This document shows positions 37,730-50,830 of a stretch of DNA of 64,000 nucleotides, piece after piece. Every line of letters starts with the position of its first letter. Position 1 is the first letter of the stretch. The notes under the pieces are model-generated. The model ran no database searches. It saw nothing but the letters and a program-made list of their open reading frames with translations, and was not told the origin of the DNA. Both the position numbers and the translations under genes were made by a program. The DNA comes from Lama glama (taxonomy: Eukaryota). Location: assembly GCA_028534125.1 (NCBI GenBank), contig CM052817.1:92568001-92632000 (forward strand). Reading direction: 5' to 3'.

Positions 37730-38550
37730 TCAGTTCCAGAGGTGGCCTCTGATGAACCCTGTCTCCCAGGAACCATGCCCTTATCAGTCTTCTCTCCTTG
37801 AATGTGGGCCCATGACTTCCTGTGACCTATAGAATGTGACTAAGTCACACTTAGTTCTAGGCTGAAGCCCTGGAAGTTCTGGCACTTAAAGTTTTGCACT
37901 GTGGGGAGCCCTGAGAGGCCACTGCAGAAGTCTGGCTACCCTGCTGGAGAGACCCCATGGAAAGACCTTGTAGAAAGGGAGCGAGCTTGACTCTGCATGC
38001 AGATAGAAAGGTCAGCTGTCCCTGCATGCTAGCTGAAGCCAGTCGTCCAGCTGTCCCTGCCAAGGTGCCGCAGATGCGAGAGCCATCTTGGACATTATGA
38101 CTGCAGATGTCACCCGACTGCAGCTGCACGCAGATCAGCGGGAGAGCTGCCCGTTCAATTCACAGAGTTGTGAGTCATAATAAAAAGTGTTGCGTTTTAA
38201 CCCACAGAGAGTTGGGGTAGCCTATTCCATAGCAACAGGTAATGATATATTCTCTTATTCCACAGCAATAGAACCTCCAAGAGGCCAAGTACTGGCCAGA
38301 GGGATGTTGGGAGAAATCGTATGTCCTGCTTCTCGAACATGTCCTTAAACCCCTTTCCTCCAACCTGCTCTCTGGGATGTGGACACAGTGTCCACCTTAG
38401 ACAACAAGTGAATGACGTTCTATAGTCAACTGAGCAGCGGAGAGCCTGGCCAGCTCTAACTATCACATGAGAGAGAAATAAACTCCTATTTTACTGTTAG
38501 TCAGTCTTCAGTTACAGCAACTAAGCCTGTATCTTGTGTTAATACATAAG
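37730..38550 (+). mobile_element. Further MaLR LTRs (MLT1F/G-like, then MLT1J-like)
   Basis: tgtgacctatagaatgtgac...ggctaccctgctggagagacc...aataaaaagtgttgcgttttaaccca; then tgagagagaaataaactcctat...gttacagcaact. Confidence 0.65.
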
Positions 38551-39779
38551 AGATAATTTATTGATGAAAACACTTTACACTTTTTTTCTCAGAAAGTTTC
38601 TCAGCATGTTTTATAATCTTTTTCTCAGGGGGCTATTTCTCCACCTTGCCTTCAATGAAAGAAGGAAATAAAATACAAGATGACAACATGGGACCATATA
38701 TGCATATGGATGACAACTTTCTCCAGAGGTGATACTTGGAATAGTAACTCTGTGTACTTAGCACTTAGTTCTTAGTCGGAAAGAGTTCGGGAAAAATGCT
38801 AGACCATGTCCATCTTGGACCTAGCGATTTGCAGTGCACACGAACCTTTTACAATTCTGCAGTACCTGGATGCATCCAACTCACCCGGAACTCAGTTTGG
38901 GAAACAGTCTGATCCAGGAAGGGCTAGACTGGTTCATGTTGACATTGTGCATCTTTTAGTGAGGGTGAAAACTGGAATCTGTACCCAGAGTCAAAAAAAA
39001 TATCCATGCAAGACTAAACTGTGTTACTCAGAAGGTTTACTGGAAAATACCCTGCTTTTTCTTCAAATAGCTCTTTGAGTTTTCATCTGGGTTTCCCTGT
39101 GACTACTTTAAGAAACCACCAGGCACCTTGAGAAGCCTGCTTCCCAGCCTCCGGGCTCTCCTGCAGCTCAGATGCCTCCTCTCCTAACACAGCCGCCCCA
39201 TTCTCCCAGCTGCCTGTTTCTTTTTCCTTGCTTTCTTTACCCAGAGTTCGTTTTGACTGGGCTCTTGCTCCTTCCTTCTGCATTCTGCCCTGGCTTCTGG
39301 TGCCTCCGCCTGGGCAGTGCCACCATCTTCTTTGAACTCACGGAAGGAATTTGAGAGTCACTGAGGCCTCTAAGCTGTGAGAAGGAAGCAGGAACAGAAG
39401 GAACTGAAGCTATCTAGGAGAAGCATTGCTGAACATCCAGGTAGATCCACCAGGTCCCTGGATCAGTTTGGGTCAACTTGAGGGCGCTGGAGCCACCCCA
39501 TCTTCTGAAAAACACTCTGTACCCTTGTAGAATGACTAGAAGGATCAAAAGAGCTGCCAGGGAGTCTCAGACCTGAAAAGGTTGCAAAAAGAAGCCAGCG
39601 ATTCAATTCATGTTCACCCCAGAACGAGAGTTACTTAGATGTCTTTCCTAGTTCTTCATCCCATTTCTCATTTTTCCTTTTTGATGAAATCCTTTCTTCT
39701 ACTTAATGTCTGTTTATGCCTTCCTCACAAGACCGCTGAATAAAACCATAGGCTTAAGGAGATAGAGGCAAAGCCTTTG

Positions 39780-40546
39780 GGAACATCCCGTGGTTGGGTC
39801 ACAACACAGACTGTGCTCAAGCTCCAGTCAGGCTCCTCTGGGCCAGATTCTGGACGAAGCCTCACACTCAGCCTACAGACACTGCAGACTTCCCCCCAAA
39901 CCCCAGCCCCCACCTCCCCCTACCCCCCGACACACATGCTCTGTGAGACTTGAACCAACACCGGCATGGTTTCCAACCGTTCAAGGCCACACCCTTAGGA
40001 GCACTCTAGCTCCCCCTCAAAATGCCTGCTTGAGAGGGCTCCGTGCTGCCAGGAGAATTTACGGTCTGTTCAGCTGAAACTGGTCGATCACGGGCAGATA
40101 GGCTGCAGAACCGTCTCACAGAGCAGTTACTTTAGAGAGCTCACAGTTATAAATGCTTTCTCTGTGCCTCTGAGACATCCATCTTCTGCCCCTCAGGACT
40201 GTCTTTTCAAGGACCCAAGAGCAGTCTCTGAAATGCAAACGTTCAAGGAAATGTGGTCCCTCTCAGCGCTCAGCCTGGTGGGTGGGCACCTCCCTGACCG
40301 CTGTCTCTCCCTGGGAGGTTTGCTTCTCCTCTGCACAGGCACCAGTGAGCGACCCCAGGTGGCCGAGTCACGTGCGCCACCCCTCCTCCCGGCCCCCAGA
40401 GCCTTTCCTGAGCACACCCCTGCCTTTCGTTTCAGCCGGGTTGAGTTCAGCTTGCCCTGGGCTCTTTTCCCTATTGCAGTAGTTACTGCTGAATAAAATC
40501 TCCCCTCACCGCTCTAACTAGACTCCAGCTTTGTTTATCCTTGACA
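39780..40546 (+). mobile_element. ERV1 solo LTR (MER31/MER67-like)
   Basis: agtcaggctcctctg, aatgcctgcttgaga...tgctgccaggagaatttac; AATAAA at 40492-40497; ends tttgtttatccttgaCA. The 5' end is approximate. Confidence 0.65.
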
Positions 40547-40959
40547 TTCAGGGTTTTGTTGGCATTCAGCTTTTTCTGACCTTCATGTGCCCTTGATTTG
40601 TTCTCATTCCTCCCAGGTTTGCATCTTTCCTTTCTACTGAATGTTGGGAAAGCAGTGGTCAGACTCTCCTGGCAAAGGACAAACCTGGTTCACCCTGAAG
40701 CACAAAAGACGGTGTGTGATAGACCTTGGCTAAATTACAATCATTAGCATATTATCTGATTCTCTAAATGATTGACTCAAATGTTGGGTAGGACTTAATA
40801 GAAATTCACTTTCTCTTTGCTCTTACCTTTCTCCTTTCCTCAACCTTTTCTGTTCTTCCTGCTTATCCTTTTTGTAGCAGAGTGAAACCAAAATATCACA
40901 TTGGAGGTCTTAAATTGTATTTGATGTGTGGAATGAAATGCATTTTCCCCACATAGCTT

Positions 40960-41492
40960 TGTTACCCAAAAAACTGGGTTGATCTCTTGGTGGATATCAA
41001 GCCAAAAGACACAGACAAGCCAAAGATTGGGAGAAGGAAGGATTTATTACTTGCAGCAAGTAGAAAGAACACCGGGGATCTTTTCAGGGAAGTGGGGGGA
41101 AGTGTCTTCTCCAAGAGCAAAATAGGAGAAGTTTTGGGCTAAGGGTACATGCATATTCATGAAGGGGCTTGGGCGGTCCACAGAGTCCAAGCTTTAGTTG
41201 ACTGAAGGTCAGAAAAGGCCAATATTTTCATCTCAGTGGGTTCCAGCTGACCTGGTGGATTGAAACAGAACTGGGAGTCTTTATCCCTGATATCTTATCT
41301 TTGCTATTGTTACTTCTTCGGCCTGGTAACAGTCCTTTGTTTATGCATTCTTTTGTTCCCTCAAGATCATTAATTACTGAGACCTGTTCGAAGGGCAAAC
41401 TCTGTGGCCAGGATTAGATCACAAAATGGCTTAGTCAAGAAAGCCATGCCTGGTTCTCCTTCTCCAGGGACCCTCTACCCCATCTGCTTACA
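40960..41492 (-). mobile_element. ERV1-class solo LTR
   Basis: TG...CA bounded (TGTTACCC...TGCTTACA), with minus-strand AATAAA (gatttattac near 41043) and GCTT/GCTC flanks. Confidence 0.7.
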
Positions 41493-41896
41493 GCTCTGCT
41501 TAACTAGCAGATTGGAGGGAGGCAGGAGGGGGATCTGAGCTCCCTTTGGGGCAGAACTCCAGGGGGTTTGAGGAGGCTGATAGACAGCCAAAGTGGAGAT
41601 GTTAAGCTGGCAACTGGCTATCACAGCCTGGAGCTGGGGGCAGAGGCTCTGCTGAAAAGATGATTGCTCAAAGGAAACACAAGGTAAGATGTTGGAGACA
41701 AAAACTGGCAAGCGTTGGGAATGCCATTCTGGGTGGGAGAGGTAAAGAAGACCTGACTGAGAAGGTGATGTTTGACCTGAGACCTGGGTGAAGGGAGGCA
41801 GAGATCCATGAGCGACGAGGAATCCAAGCCGAAGGACCAGCACGTACTCATGTCTTAAAGAACAGTAGCCAAAGTGATTCTCTTAAAATACTAGAT

Positions 41897-42425
41897 TGTT
41901 AGAGCAGGCAGATCGCTAGATATAAGTAGAGAAAGAGGGGCACAGGCCAAATGGCAGGAAACTGTATATCTTGTAAACAGTGGGGGTCCTTGGGCAGACA
42001 AAGAAAGGAAGGAAAATCCAGAATGGTAAGAAACCACACACTTTGGGGTGATAAGGATCCTGGAGGCAGACAAAGAAAGGTAGGAAGAGGCAGGGATCTC
42101 TGGCATCTAAATGTAACCTTTTGCTCATTATGCCCTCATTACAATAAAATTAGCCTTGCAGATAATATGCCATGACACTCCCAATCAAGACTAAAGATTA
42201 AAATCCCTTCTTCCCTTGGGAAAGTGGAGCTGGGATGAAAATCTGGAAATAAAACCTCAAACTCCTCTCTCCCCAGTGGATATTCTGCCCATTCATTTTT
42301 ACACCTCCATATAACCAGCTTGCCAAAGAAACTCAGTTCAGCTACTCACCTGAGTCTGCCTGTTCTCCCCTTGAAAGCATACTATCCCTTAATACATCCT
42401 TGCTTTGATTTCTTGACCTCCTTGC
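41897..42425 (+). mobile_element. ERV solo LTR (MER50-like start) with an internal 72-bp-spaced repeat
   Basis: TGTTAGAGCAGGCAG start; GGCAGACAAAGAAAGG at 41993 and 42065; TATAA near 42310; AATACA near 42391. Confidence 0.55.
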
Positions 42426-42429
42426 AAGA

Positions 42430-42740
42430 TCATGTCACCCCTCTGCTCCAAACCCACAAATAGGCTCCTATCTCACTCTGTATGAGCCGAGCCCTCCCAG
42501 GGGGCTAGCAGCCCCTGCCCTCTCTGCACACCATCACCTTTCCGACCTTGTCTCCTAGAACAAGAACTGGATCAGAGGACTGCAGTGTCTACTGGGAGGA
42601 TGAATTAATCAGTAGCACTCGTTACAGGTCTGCTTGCTCGTCTGTTTGTTGTCTGTCTTTCTCCACCTGAAGGTAAACACTACGCATGCAGAGACTAGCA
42701 CATGGTAGGTACCCAGTAGATACTGAAAGGATGAATGGAG
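42430..42740 (+). mobile_element. L2
   Basis: gatcatgtcacccctctgctccaaaccc...tgtctgtctttctcc...agcacatggtaggtacccagtagatactgaaaggatgaatg. Confidence 0.6.
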
Positions 42741-43614
42741 ATCTAGGTGGACTCAGACTTTCTGACCATGATGCCCACATGCTTAACCCACTAAACACTG
42801 CACCATACTACAGCTGGACTACAGGGCTCTCTGGTTTACGATACACTCCAAACATTTCCCCCATCATCATTTTTCACTTCTCTGCAGCAGTTTGACACTT
42901 TACTCCCGTTTTCCTCTCTCAAAAGAGATGCCACAGTGTTATACTTCTCTTCTATGCTAATGGCTACCAAACCCAGTATTTGAGGTTCCTGAGCTGAATT
43001 TTCGAACAGCTGCTGTGATGAAGTGTGGTCCTTGAGAACAAAGTCAAAAAACTCATGCCAACTGGCAACACACAGGCTGCAGCCAGTCAAGGTTAGTTCT
43101 CTTTCTTTTCTCAAGACACAGAAAAGCCACCCTTCAGTTCTGCTTTAAGCTGGGGTGCAGATAGGGGAGGCGGGGCCCTAGGAGAGGGGTGGCTCTCTGG
43201 CCAGCAGAACATCTGTATTTTATTTTATGCCTGCTCTGCAGGCTTCCCCTTATTTGCATCACCCTGAAGAATGTGGAAGTGAAAATCTGCCTCCGGCCAC
43301 CCTGCTCCCCGTCAGGCACTCTTATGTCCTTCCTCTTCACTAAGGATAGGTGCTCTTCCTCCCCAGGCAGGAGCCACATGTGCGTCCTCTGGGCATGTCC
43401 TTCCTGAGTGTTTCAGCAGAAGCAGACTTCCAGCCACACTCCTGGCTGGCTCCCTGATGCAAGTCACATCACTTTTTTCCTTTTGGTAAAAATGGGTTCC
43501 TCATCTGTAGCATGGGTGCACTATTTACTCTGTCTAGTGCTGTGAGGTCCAAATTATGTAATAGGATGCAAGAGTACTTTAAAGATATTAAGTGTATACA
43601 ATTTTCATTTATAT

Positions 43615-43985
43615 TGAAATAAAAGTATATGAGAAAATAGAAAAGTGGTTGCCAGGAACTGAGGAGTGTGAGAGACAGGGAGAAGTCGGCAAAAGGTACA
43701 AACTTTCAACAATCTGGTGAATAAGGTCTGAGAATCTAATATAAAGCATGGTGACTAGAGCTGACAAAACTGTACTGTATAACTGAAATGTGCTAAGAGA
43801 ATAGAACTTAAATATTCTCACCAAAAAAAAAAAATTAAATATGTGTGGTATGGCTATGTTAATTCACTAAATGGAGGGATCCTCTCACAATGTGTACATA
43901 CATCAAGTCTCCACAATGCACACTTCAGCTATTTTACAGTTTTATATGTCAGTTATACCTCAATAAAGCTAAAATTTAAAATGTA
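43615..43985 (+). mobile_element. L1MA9/10-like 3' end
   Basis: agtggttgccagg...aaaggtacaaactttca...tgctaagagaatagaacttaaatattctcacc...ttatacctcaataaagct. Confidence 0.85.
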
Positions 43986-44299
43986 ATAAGTAGTCTGTTA
44001 AATTCCTCTACAGTGTATAAACTCGTCTTAGACATGCCTCTTCAAGTAAGAAATCACTTTGTTCCCTCCAAAGAGCACTTTCTATAATTTGAGGCTTTCT
44101 CCCCCAATATTTCTAGCTTTTATAGAGAAAGAGAAAGGAGTAGACGTTTTTCCATTTTGAGACCTATTCTGAATTCTCTTTTTGCAGCTCAGTCTTGCTT
44201 CCATTAGTTTTTAAAAGTTTGATGGTTGTTTACTGGTAAGATATAATAAAATATAGTTCAACCTTGGGAAAAGATTTCATTTAAAGGAAGAAAATAATA

Positions 44300-44796
44300 T
44301 GGAATGGTTTCTTAGGGCTGCGGTAACAAATTACCGCGAAGTTGCTGGCTTAACACATCACACGTTTATTCTGTCACAGTTCTGGAGGCCAGAAGTTCCA
44401 AATTGGATTCCCTGTGCTGAAGTGAAGGCGTCACAGGGCTGTGCTCCCTCTGGAGTTTCTAGGGGAGAAAATGTTTCCTCGTCTTCTTCAACTTCAGGGG
44501 GCTGATGGCATTTCTTGGTCCAAGGCCCCTTCCTCTCTCTTTAAAGCCAGCAATTTAACGTCTTCAAACCTCCCTTGCTTCCACTGTCATCACATCTCCT
44601 TCATCCTCTTCAGTGTCAAATTTTCTCTGCCTCCCTCTCAGAAGGACACTTGTGATGCATTTATGGTCTCCCTGAATGTTCCAGGGTGGTCTCCCCCTCA
44701 CAAGACCCTTAATTTAATCACATCTACAAAAATCCCTTTCTATGTGAGATAATATTCACAGGCTTCAGGGATCATTGTCATTATTCAACCTTCACA
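44300..44796 (-). mobile_element. MaLR LTR (MLT1C/D-like)
   Basis: agggctgcggtaacaaattacc...tttattctgtcacagttctggaggccagaagt...aaggacacttgtgat...tattcaaccttcaca. Confidence 0.85.
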
Positions 44797-45364
44797 GAGA
44801 GGTGTTATTGGTTTTTTTTTTTTCAAATTAAAAAAGTTTGTGCTAAATAATATCAATAATAAAACTAATACTTACATGGTGCATTCTATGTGCTGGATAT
44901 TTTCAGTGTGTATGTGAGAGTGTGTGTGTGTGTGCAATCATTTGTTTCTCACTTTGAAGATTTTTTGACTTAGGTCTATTTAGAAAGTGCAAGAGACCGT
45001 TTGGCCCACCTACATCACCCACTTCAACTCCTACTGGTAAAAGAATTCAGTTATTTCAGCAATAGCAGTGAAATATTATTAAAGCAATTGAGAGGGGAAA
45101 GGGAGTTGGAAGTATTCTTTATCCATTTGTATTTACAAGAGGCGTAGAATCATTTCAATTTGAAATGCCGTGTATATCTACCTTAAAGTATAATTACTGG
45201 AAAGTTATAAGCCAAAAAAAATGTTGATGCAACTGTTTAATTAAAAAGACATAAGTTAATTAGATAACCAACAGTAAACAATGTGGCTAGCAATGAAGCT
45301 AAACTCATGGGAATTGATAGCTCCATGAACAAAGAGTGGACCACCATGTTACCTCTCTGCTGAT

Positions 45365-45890
45365 CACAATGTTTTATTTCGGTAAATATGTGTCCAACAC
45401 TAGCCGTGTGTCAATCTCAGCATGGGGACCTAGTGGTGGTAAACTTACACATGATGCCTGCCTTCAAGGCATTTGCATCTAATGAGGGAGACAGACAATG
45501 AAGGAAGCATTAAGATGATACAATGATAAGGAAAATAGAGATGCTGTCTGAGCATATGGTAAAGGGGCTGATTCTAAAGAAAGGTTAAGAGGGACTTGTG
45601 AACAAGCGTTTAAAGTCAAACGCTAAAAGCTGAGTGGTGGTGAAGTCAGATGAAAGAGGGAGGGAGTGGTGGAGAGGTTAGAGTGTCCTAGATGAGGGAA
45701 CAGTCAGTTGAAGGTGCAGAAACAAGAATCAAGGAGGATTGGAGGGCCTAAAACAACTTCTTCAAGTTCTTGAGCCTGCAGCCCAAAAGGGAGAGAGGCC
45801 ACCAGGAGGCTGGGGGAGTAGGCGTGGGCCAGCTCTGAGAGCGCTGTACGGACTTTACCCCAAGGCACTGGGAAAACACGGGAGGCCTTT
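45365..45890 (-). mobile_element. L2
   Basis: cctgccttcaaggcatttgcatctaatgagggagacagaca...ctagatgagggaacag...ggactttaccccaaggcactgggaaa. Confidence 0.6.
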
Positions 45891-47719
45891 ATACAAGGTT
45901 ACTCCCAAGGTCATGGACACTTCATCAGGGGAGGGCATAGCATTGCAGCCCGGCCATCAGCTCCTCTTAGAGGTTTCAGGTCTTTTCCTCTGCAGGTTAA
46001 CAGCGAAGAGCAATCAGCATTTGTTGATCGTTCTTCTCTGAGCAGAGGGCTGGGCTCTGTGTTCTACATTGTGCTCTCCTTCAGTCATTGTCTGTCTTAG
46101 CAGATCAGGTATGGCTTATTTCTGGGAAATCAATTAGAGAAATTTAAAAACAAAACTTCCTCTTCTGATTCTCCCTGATAATCTCTCAGTGCCAAACATC
46201 TTCAACATTCCTTGCCTGTATCTCTCTCTCTTTCTTTTTCTCGTTCCTTCCTTCGGTGTCTCCTGATGCCACTGGTCCAGGATCCCTGGAAGAGGTTGGG
46301 TAGAAGTTACCAGTGTGTTAGGTTAGGATAAACCTCATGGTTTCAGGGGAGGGACCTGCCTGCCCTTGGCTGATGCCCCTGACTCCCAAAGCTGCACTCG
46401 GTACCTCCAACTCTGCTATCCACTTTACCTCTTTGCTCTCTTCCCAGTAGCCAGATCCACAGATTTCTGATGATCTCTCAGAGGAATGACTACAATCCAC
46501 GGGAATGTGAACCTACATTCTTATGTTTGAGGGGAAGGTAAGCAGAACTAAGTATGAGCGTTAAATGTTTCCAGCTCCTATCTGCCAGGAAGGAAGTAGC
46601 TGTCCCTTCTTCAGCACTACAGGGACAAGAAAACTAGTGACCAAAATCTCAAACTGGACTGGGGGAGAACCAGGAATTGGAACTGGTAGACTAGATATAA
46701 AGAGCCAGAGGCAGATTTTATATTAGGAGGCAGAGTATAAAGCCAGGAGAGGGAGGAATCCTGTAGGAAAGGTCACTAGATAAAAGTAACTGTGGGCTGA
46801 GGGTCAGGGCCAGAGCCCTTAATATGGCCCGTGGAGTTTCAAAGGGTGGTTGAGATTACGACGCCCCCGAAAGTGTCCCTTATGGTAGTTTCAATGCCCC
46901 TTTCGAAGCCTAAATTGGCTGTGAAGGGAAAGCCATCTCAGAGGGTTGGCATTTTTATTTGGTCGCTCTGTCTTAAGGAAAATTTCTACTGTGGTCAGAT
47001 TTCACACATTTACACACTAGGAAATCCACATTTTAGTATTAGAATCAACATTCTCTGAGCTTTTTAGGCAGCAGGTGGAATACCTGGTAAGGCAATTCAC
47101 AGAATAGGAAATTGGAACTCATTACCTAATTTTAATCTTGAAATTGATTTTGATATTAATTTTGAAATCAAATAAAATGAAAGGTAGGCTTCCCTAACCC
47201 TCTGGCTGCCTGGTAGTCAGGCATTTGAGAGTCTCTTACCACCCCCCCGACCCCCAACCCCCAGACAAGCCACGCCTGCTCCCGGCTCTTACTCTAGGGT
47301 TCAGGCCTGACCCACTGTTAGGGGCACAGCTCCACACCAACTCTTCTAAGGCAGTAGCCTCTGCTGCCCTTGCCCCGGCTTCTCCCCTCCTTCCTCCACA
47401 CTCTTGTGGGACTCGTGGTCTCTCCCGCATTTCACACTCAGGTAGCTTGTCTTAGGCCCTGTTATGTCAGGTGTTAAGGCTCATCCTTGAGAAGACCTGA
47501 GTGAACAGGTCCCTCGCACTGTGTTCTCTGTGGGTGGGTGCAGGCCGACACTGGGCCCGCCACTGGTTCTTGGAAATGACTTGTGGACTTAGGAGGATGC
47601 CTTCCCTCTCTCATCACACCTGGGTGCCCCGGTTATGAGGGACCGTGCAGGGGCAGGACCCCAGGCTGGCTCAGCAGACCTTGTTTTCCAAGCTTTCAGT
47701 GAGGTCTCTCAGTGACCAT

Positions 47720-47723
<4 letters not shown>

Positions 47724-47754
<31 letters not shown>
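47724..47754. repeat. (TG)15 microsatellite
   Basis: Perfect dinucleotide run. Confidence 0.95.
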
Positions 47755-47757
<3 letters not shown>

Positions 47758-47769
47758 GGTTTGTTTCCT

Positions 47770-47945
47770 CCTTATTTTATTTCTTGCTATTTTTTATGAG
47801 AATTAATGCTACATTATTTAGCACATAGATTGTCATAATTGATGGAACTTTGTTAAGAATTTCAACCTTTATCATTACAAAGCATCCCATATTTTTTTCT
47901 GTTTTAATGTCATTTGCCCTAAATTCAACATGAATGGTGATTTTT
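47770..47945 (-). mobile_element. L1 ORF2 endonuclease-region fragment
   Basis: Minus-strand translation GCFVMIKVEI...IMTIYVLNNVA resembles the ORF2 endonuclease motif (GHYIMIKGSI...ILNIYAPN). Confidence 0.6.
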
Positions 47946-47995
47946 CTAAACCTCATAACTGAAAGGGGAACATTTGGAACAGGGGAAGATGGGGG

Positions 47996-48450
47996 CTTAG
48001 TCAGAGTTTCACAGAGAAACAGAACTAACAGGGTATGTTTTTCTATATCTATGTGTGTATCGATAGCTGTATCAGAGAGAGATGGATTTTGAGTAACTGG
48101 CTCACACATTGTGGAGGCTTGGAGAGGCCAAAATCTGCCAGGTCGGTTGGACACTCAGGGAAGAGCTGCAGTCCAAGTTCAAAGGCAGTCTGCTGGCAAA
48201 ATTCCTTCTTGCTTGGGGGAGGTCAGTCTTTGTTGTGCTAAGGCCTTCAGCTGATCTGATGAAGCCCACACACATGACAGAAGATAATCTGCTTTATTCA
48301 GACTCTATGCATTTAAATGTTAATTTCATCCAAAACCAAACCAAACCAAAACAAAACAAACCACCCTCATAGAAGTATCCAGGATAATGTTTCACCACAT
48401 GTCTGGGCACCATGGCCCAGCCAGGCTGACGCATAAAACTAACCATCACA
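47996..48450 (-). mobile_element. ERVL LTR (MLT2-like)
   Basis: ttagtcagagtttcacagagaaacagaactaacagg...aactggctcacacattgtggaggct...tgacgcataaaactaaccatcaca. Confidence 0.85.
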
Positions 48451-49159
48451 GGGGAAGACAGAGAGGAGAGGTAAGACATTGCCTTCCAGACAGGGGAGCT
48501 TCATTACCTGCTGGACTGAGTAACAAAAAGAGGCTTTAGTGGACAGGCTTCTTAGAAACATTTGAGACTCTAAAACAAATAAACCGAGCTCTCTAAACGG
48601 GGAAAGGTCAAAAGGGAGAGATGCCATTCAGGTCCAGGCTGTTGATTTTCACAGGGAGGTGAACAGATGGGAAGGCTCCCTGTTGAGAACATAAGGCATC
48701 TGTCTTTGGGAGGCCACAGGCAGCGGCTGAAGGAGCCTCCGAGCTACAGCCTGGCTGGAGGCTGTTTCCAGCCCCTACTGTGCCCCTAGACCCGGCTGGT
48801 GGGCTCCTCCGCAGCCTGCTGCTGCCCCCGCAGTGCCCCTTCCCTCTGGGCTTCCAGCCAGAGAAGGAGGCTTGGGCAGGGAGAGCCCCGCACCCTGCAG
48901 GATCCCAGCTATCTTGCCTCTGCCACTGAGAGGTGGTCCTGGTCTCCCCCCTACACCCCCCCCGCCCCCAGCAGATCCCCTTTTTATCTTCCGTGTCCTG
49001 AGGACACTTCTGCGTTTCTTCCAGGCGCTGCTCAATGCCACCTCCATTGTGAGGTTTGTGCTGAAGCTTCTAGCCTGCATTTATTTCCTCTGTGTGAAAC
49101 TGTCATGGTGCTTACGCTTAGCGGCCTGTGCCTTGCTTCACCAGGCAGGATCTATGTGC

Positions 49160-49541
49160 TATCTGTGTGACGCGAGCAGCAAAATACTGCAGATGGAGGC
49201 AAAAGGAATATACTTTCTCAGAATTCTGGAGGCTAGAAGTCCAAGATCAAGGTGTCAATGGGGTTGGTTTCTGGTGAGACCTCACTCCTTGGATTGTCCA
49301 ATGACTGTCTTCCACCTGTGTCTTCACATCATCTTCCTTCTGTATTTATCTGTGTCCAAATTTCCTCTTCTTATAAGGACATTAGTCACATTGGATTAAG
49401 ACCCTCCCTAATGACCCCATCTTAACTTAATCATCTCTGCGATCTCCTATCTCCCAAATCAAGCCACATTCTGAGATGCTGGGGTTTGTACTTCAGCACA
49501 TGAGTTTCGGCAGGGTGAAGCTCACAGTCCAACCCATGACA
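49160..49541 (-). mobile_element. MaLR LTR (MLT1A-like)
   Basis: ttctggaggctagaagtccaagatcaaggtgtca...tttcctcttcttataaggaca...cacagtccaacccatgaca. Confidence 0.85.
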
Positions 49542-49642
49542 GTCCCCTTGGGTGAGCTGCTCAACTGCTCACTTTTTTCACCTGAGAATGGGGATAATAA
49601 TCATGACTATCTGATAGTGTTTTTGTAAAGATGAAATGAACT

Positions 49643-49981
49643 TAGAAAACAAACTTATCATTTGGTTATGGGGGGTCAGGTATAAACAGTTTGTTATTAG
49701 CGGGGTCAAATATAAGCGGTTATCAGGGAGGAAAGGGGAGGGTGGAGGGATAAACTGGGAGTTGGAGACTCGTAGAGAGTACTATATATAGAATGGATAA
49801 ACAGCAGGGTTCTGCTGTATAGCATGGGGAACCGTATTCAGTATCTTGTAATAACCTATAATGAAGAAGAATCTGAAAAGGAATATATATATGTATAACT
49901 GAATGACCGTGCTATACACCAGAATTAACACAACATTGTAAACAGGCTATGCGTCAATAAAAAAAATGCTAATGCAAAAAC
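49643..49981 (+). mobile_element. Cetartiodactyl L1 3' end nested in a MIR
   Basis: agggataaactgggagttggagact...ctgtatagcatggggaacc. TSD AGATGAAATGA(A/G)CT at 49629-49642 and 49982-49995; MIR sequence continues on both sides. Confidence 0.85.
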
Positions 49982-50184
49982 AGATGAAATGAGCTAATAT
50001 ACATAAAAGAATTCACATACAGCCTGATAAATATTAATCATACAATAAACAACTGTGACTTTAATAATAATATTTAGTGATTATTGTTATTTAGTAAGTA
50101 ATAAGCTTTATTAAACAATTTAAAAATGTTTTAAGGGTACCACTTAGAAGTGTTCTTATTAAAATAAGAATTAATGACAAGAAC

Positions 50185-50400
50185 ATTGGGTTAAAACTGT
50201 GGGCTTTGGAGCACAGACATGGATTCCTGGCTCTGGCACGTGCTAGCTTTTTGATCAGGGACAAGTCATTGAATTTGTCTGTGTTTCAGTTTTTGGTCTG
50301 TAAAGTGGGGATATGAAATAACTACCTCACAGAATTGTGTAAAGTTCTATTGAGCTAATAATGTATAGAAAGCCTATTAGTCACTCGGTAATTAGTAGGA
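50185..50400 (+). mobile_element. MIR
   Basis: gggctttggagcacagac...ttcctggctctg...caagtcatt...tttcagtttttggtctgtaaagtggggat. Confidence 0.75.
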
Positions 50401-50404
50401 CTAT

Positions 50405-50830
50405 CAGATTAAAAGCTAACGTAGATGCCCAAAAACACAGTGTTTAAAGAGAGAGGCCTTCTTCTCCCCGCTTTGTCCAAGGGGAGTAAGCTATTCTGAG
50501 CAGGCAGCCCTGCGTCACGCGGTCAGCAGCATCCTCCATCCCTTCCCCTTTGCTCTCTGTCGTCCTAAGTTGCTGTCCTTATCTGCACTGTTCACGCAGG
50601 ATTGCTGTGGGGTCCATGTTCCAACCAGTGAGTAGGGGAGAGAGAAAAATCTAGAAAAACTGACTTTAAGCAAGGGCACACATGACTCTTCTCACCTTTG
50701 GCAAGAACTTGATCACGTGGCCATACCTACCTTCCAGGGAAGCTGAGAGATGCAGCCTCCAGCCTGGCAGCTTGTGCCGAGCCAGGATTATTCTATTTTG
50801 ATGGGAGAAGGAGAGAATGGATTGGGGGGG
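50405..50830 (-). mobile_element. MaLR LTR (MLT1J-like)
   Basis: agaacttgatcacgtggccatacctaccttccagggaagctgagagatgcagcct. Confidence 0.55.

Noticed and set aside
48833..49399. 188-aa ORF with FRVLRTL, reminiscent of an ion-channel S4 segment
   Set aside because: It has a non-ATG start, no further channel similarity, and its 3' part runs through an MLT1 LTR.
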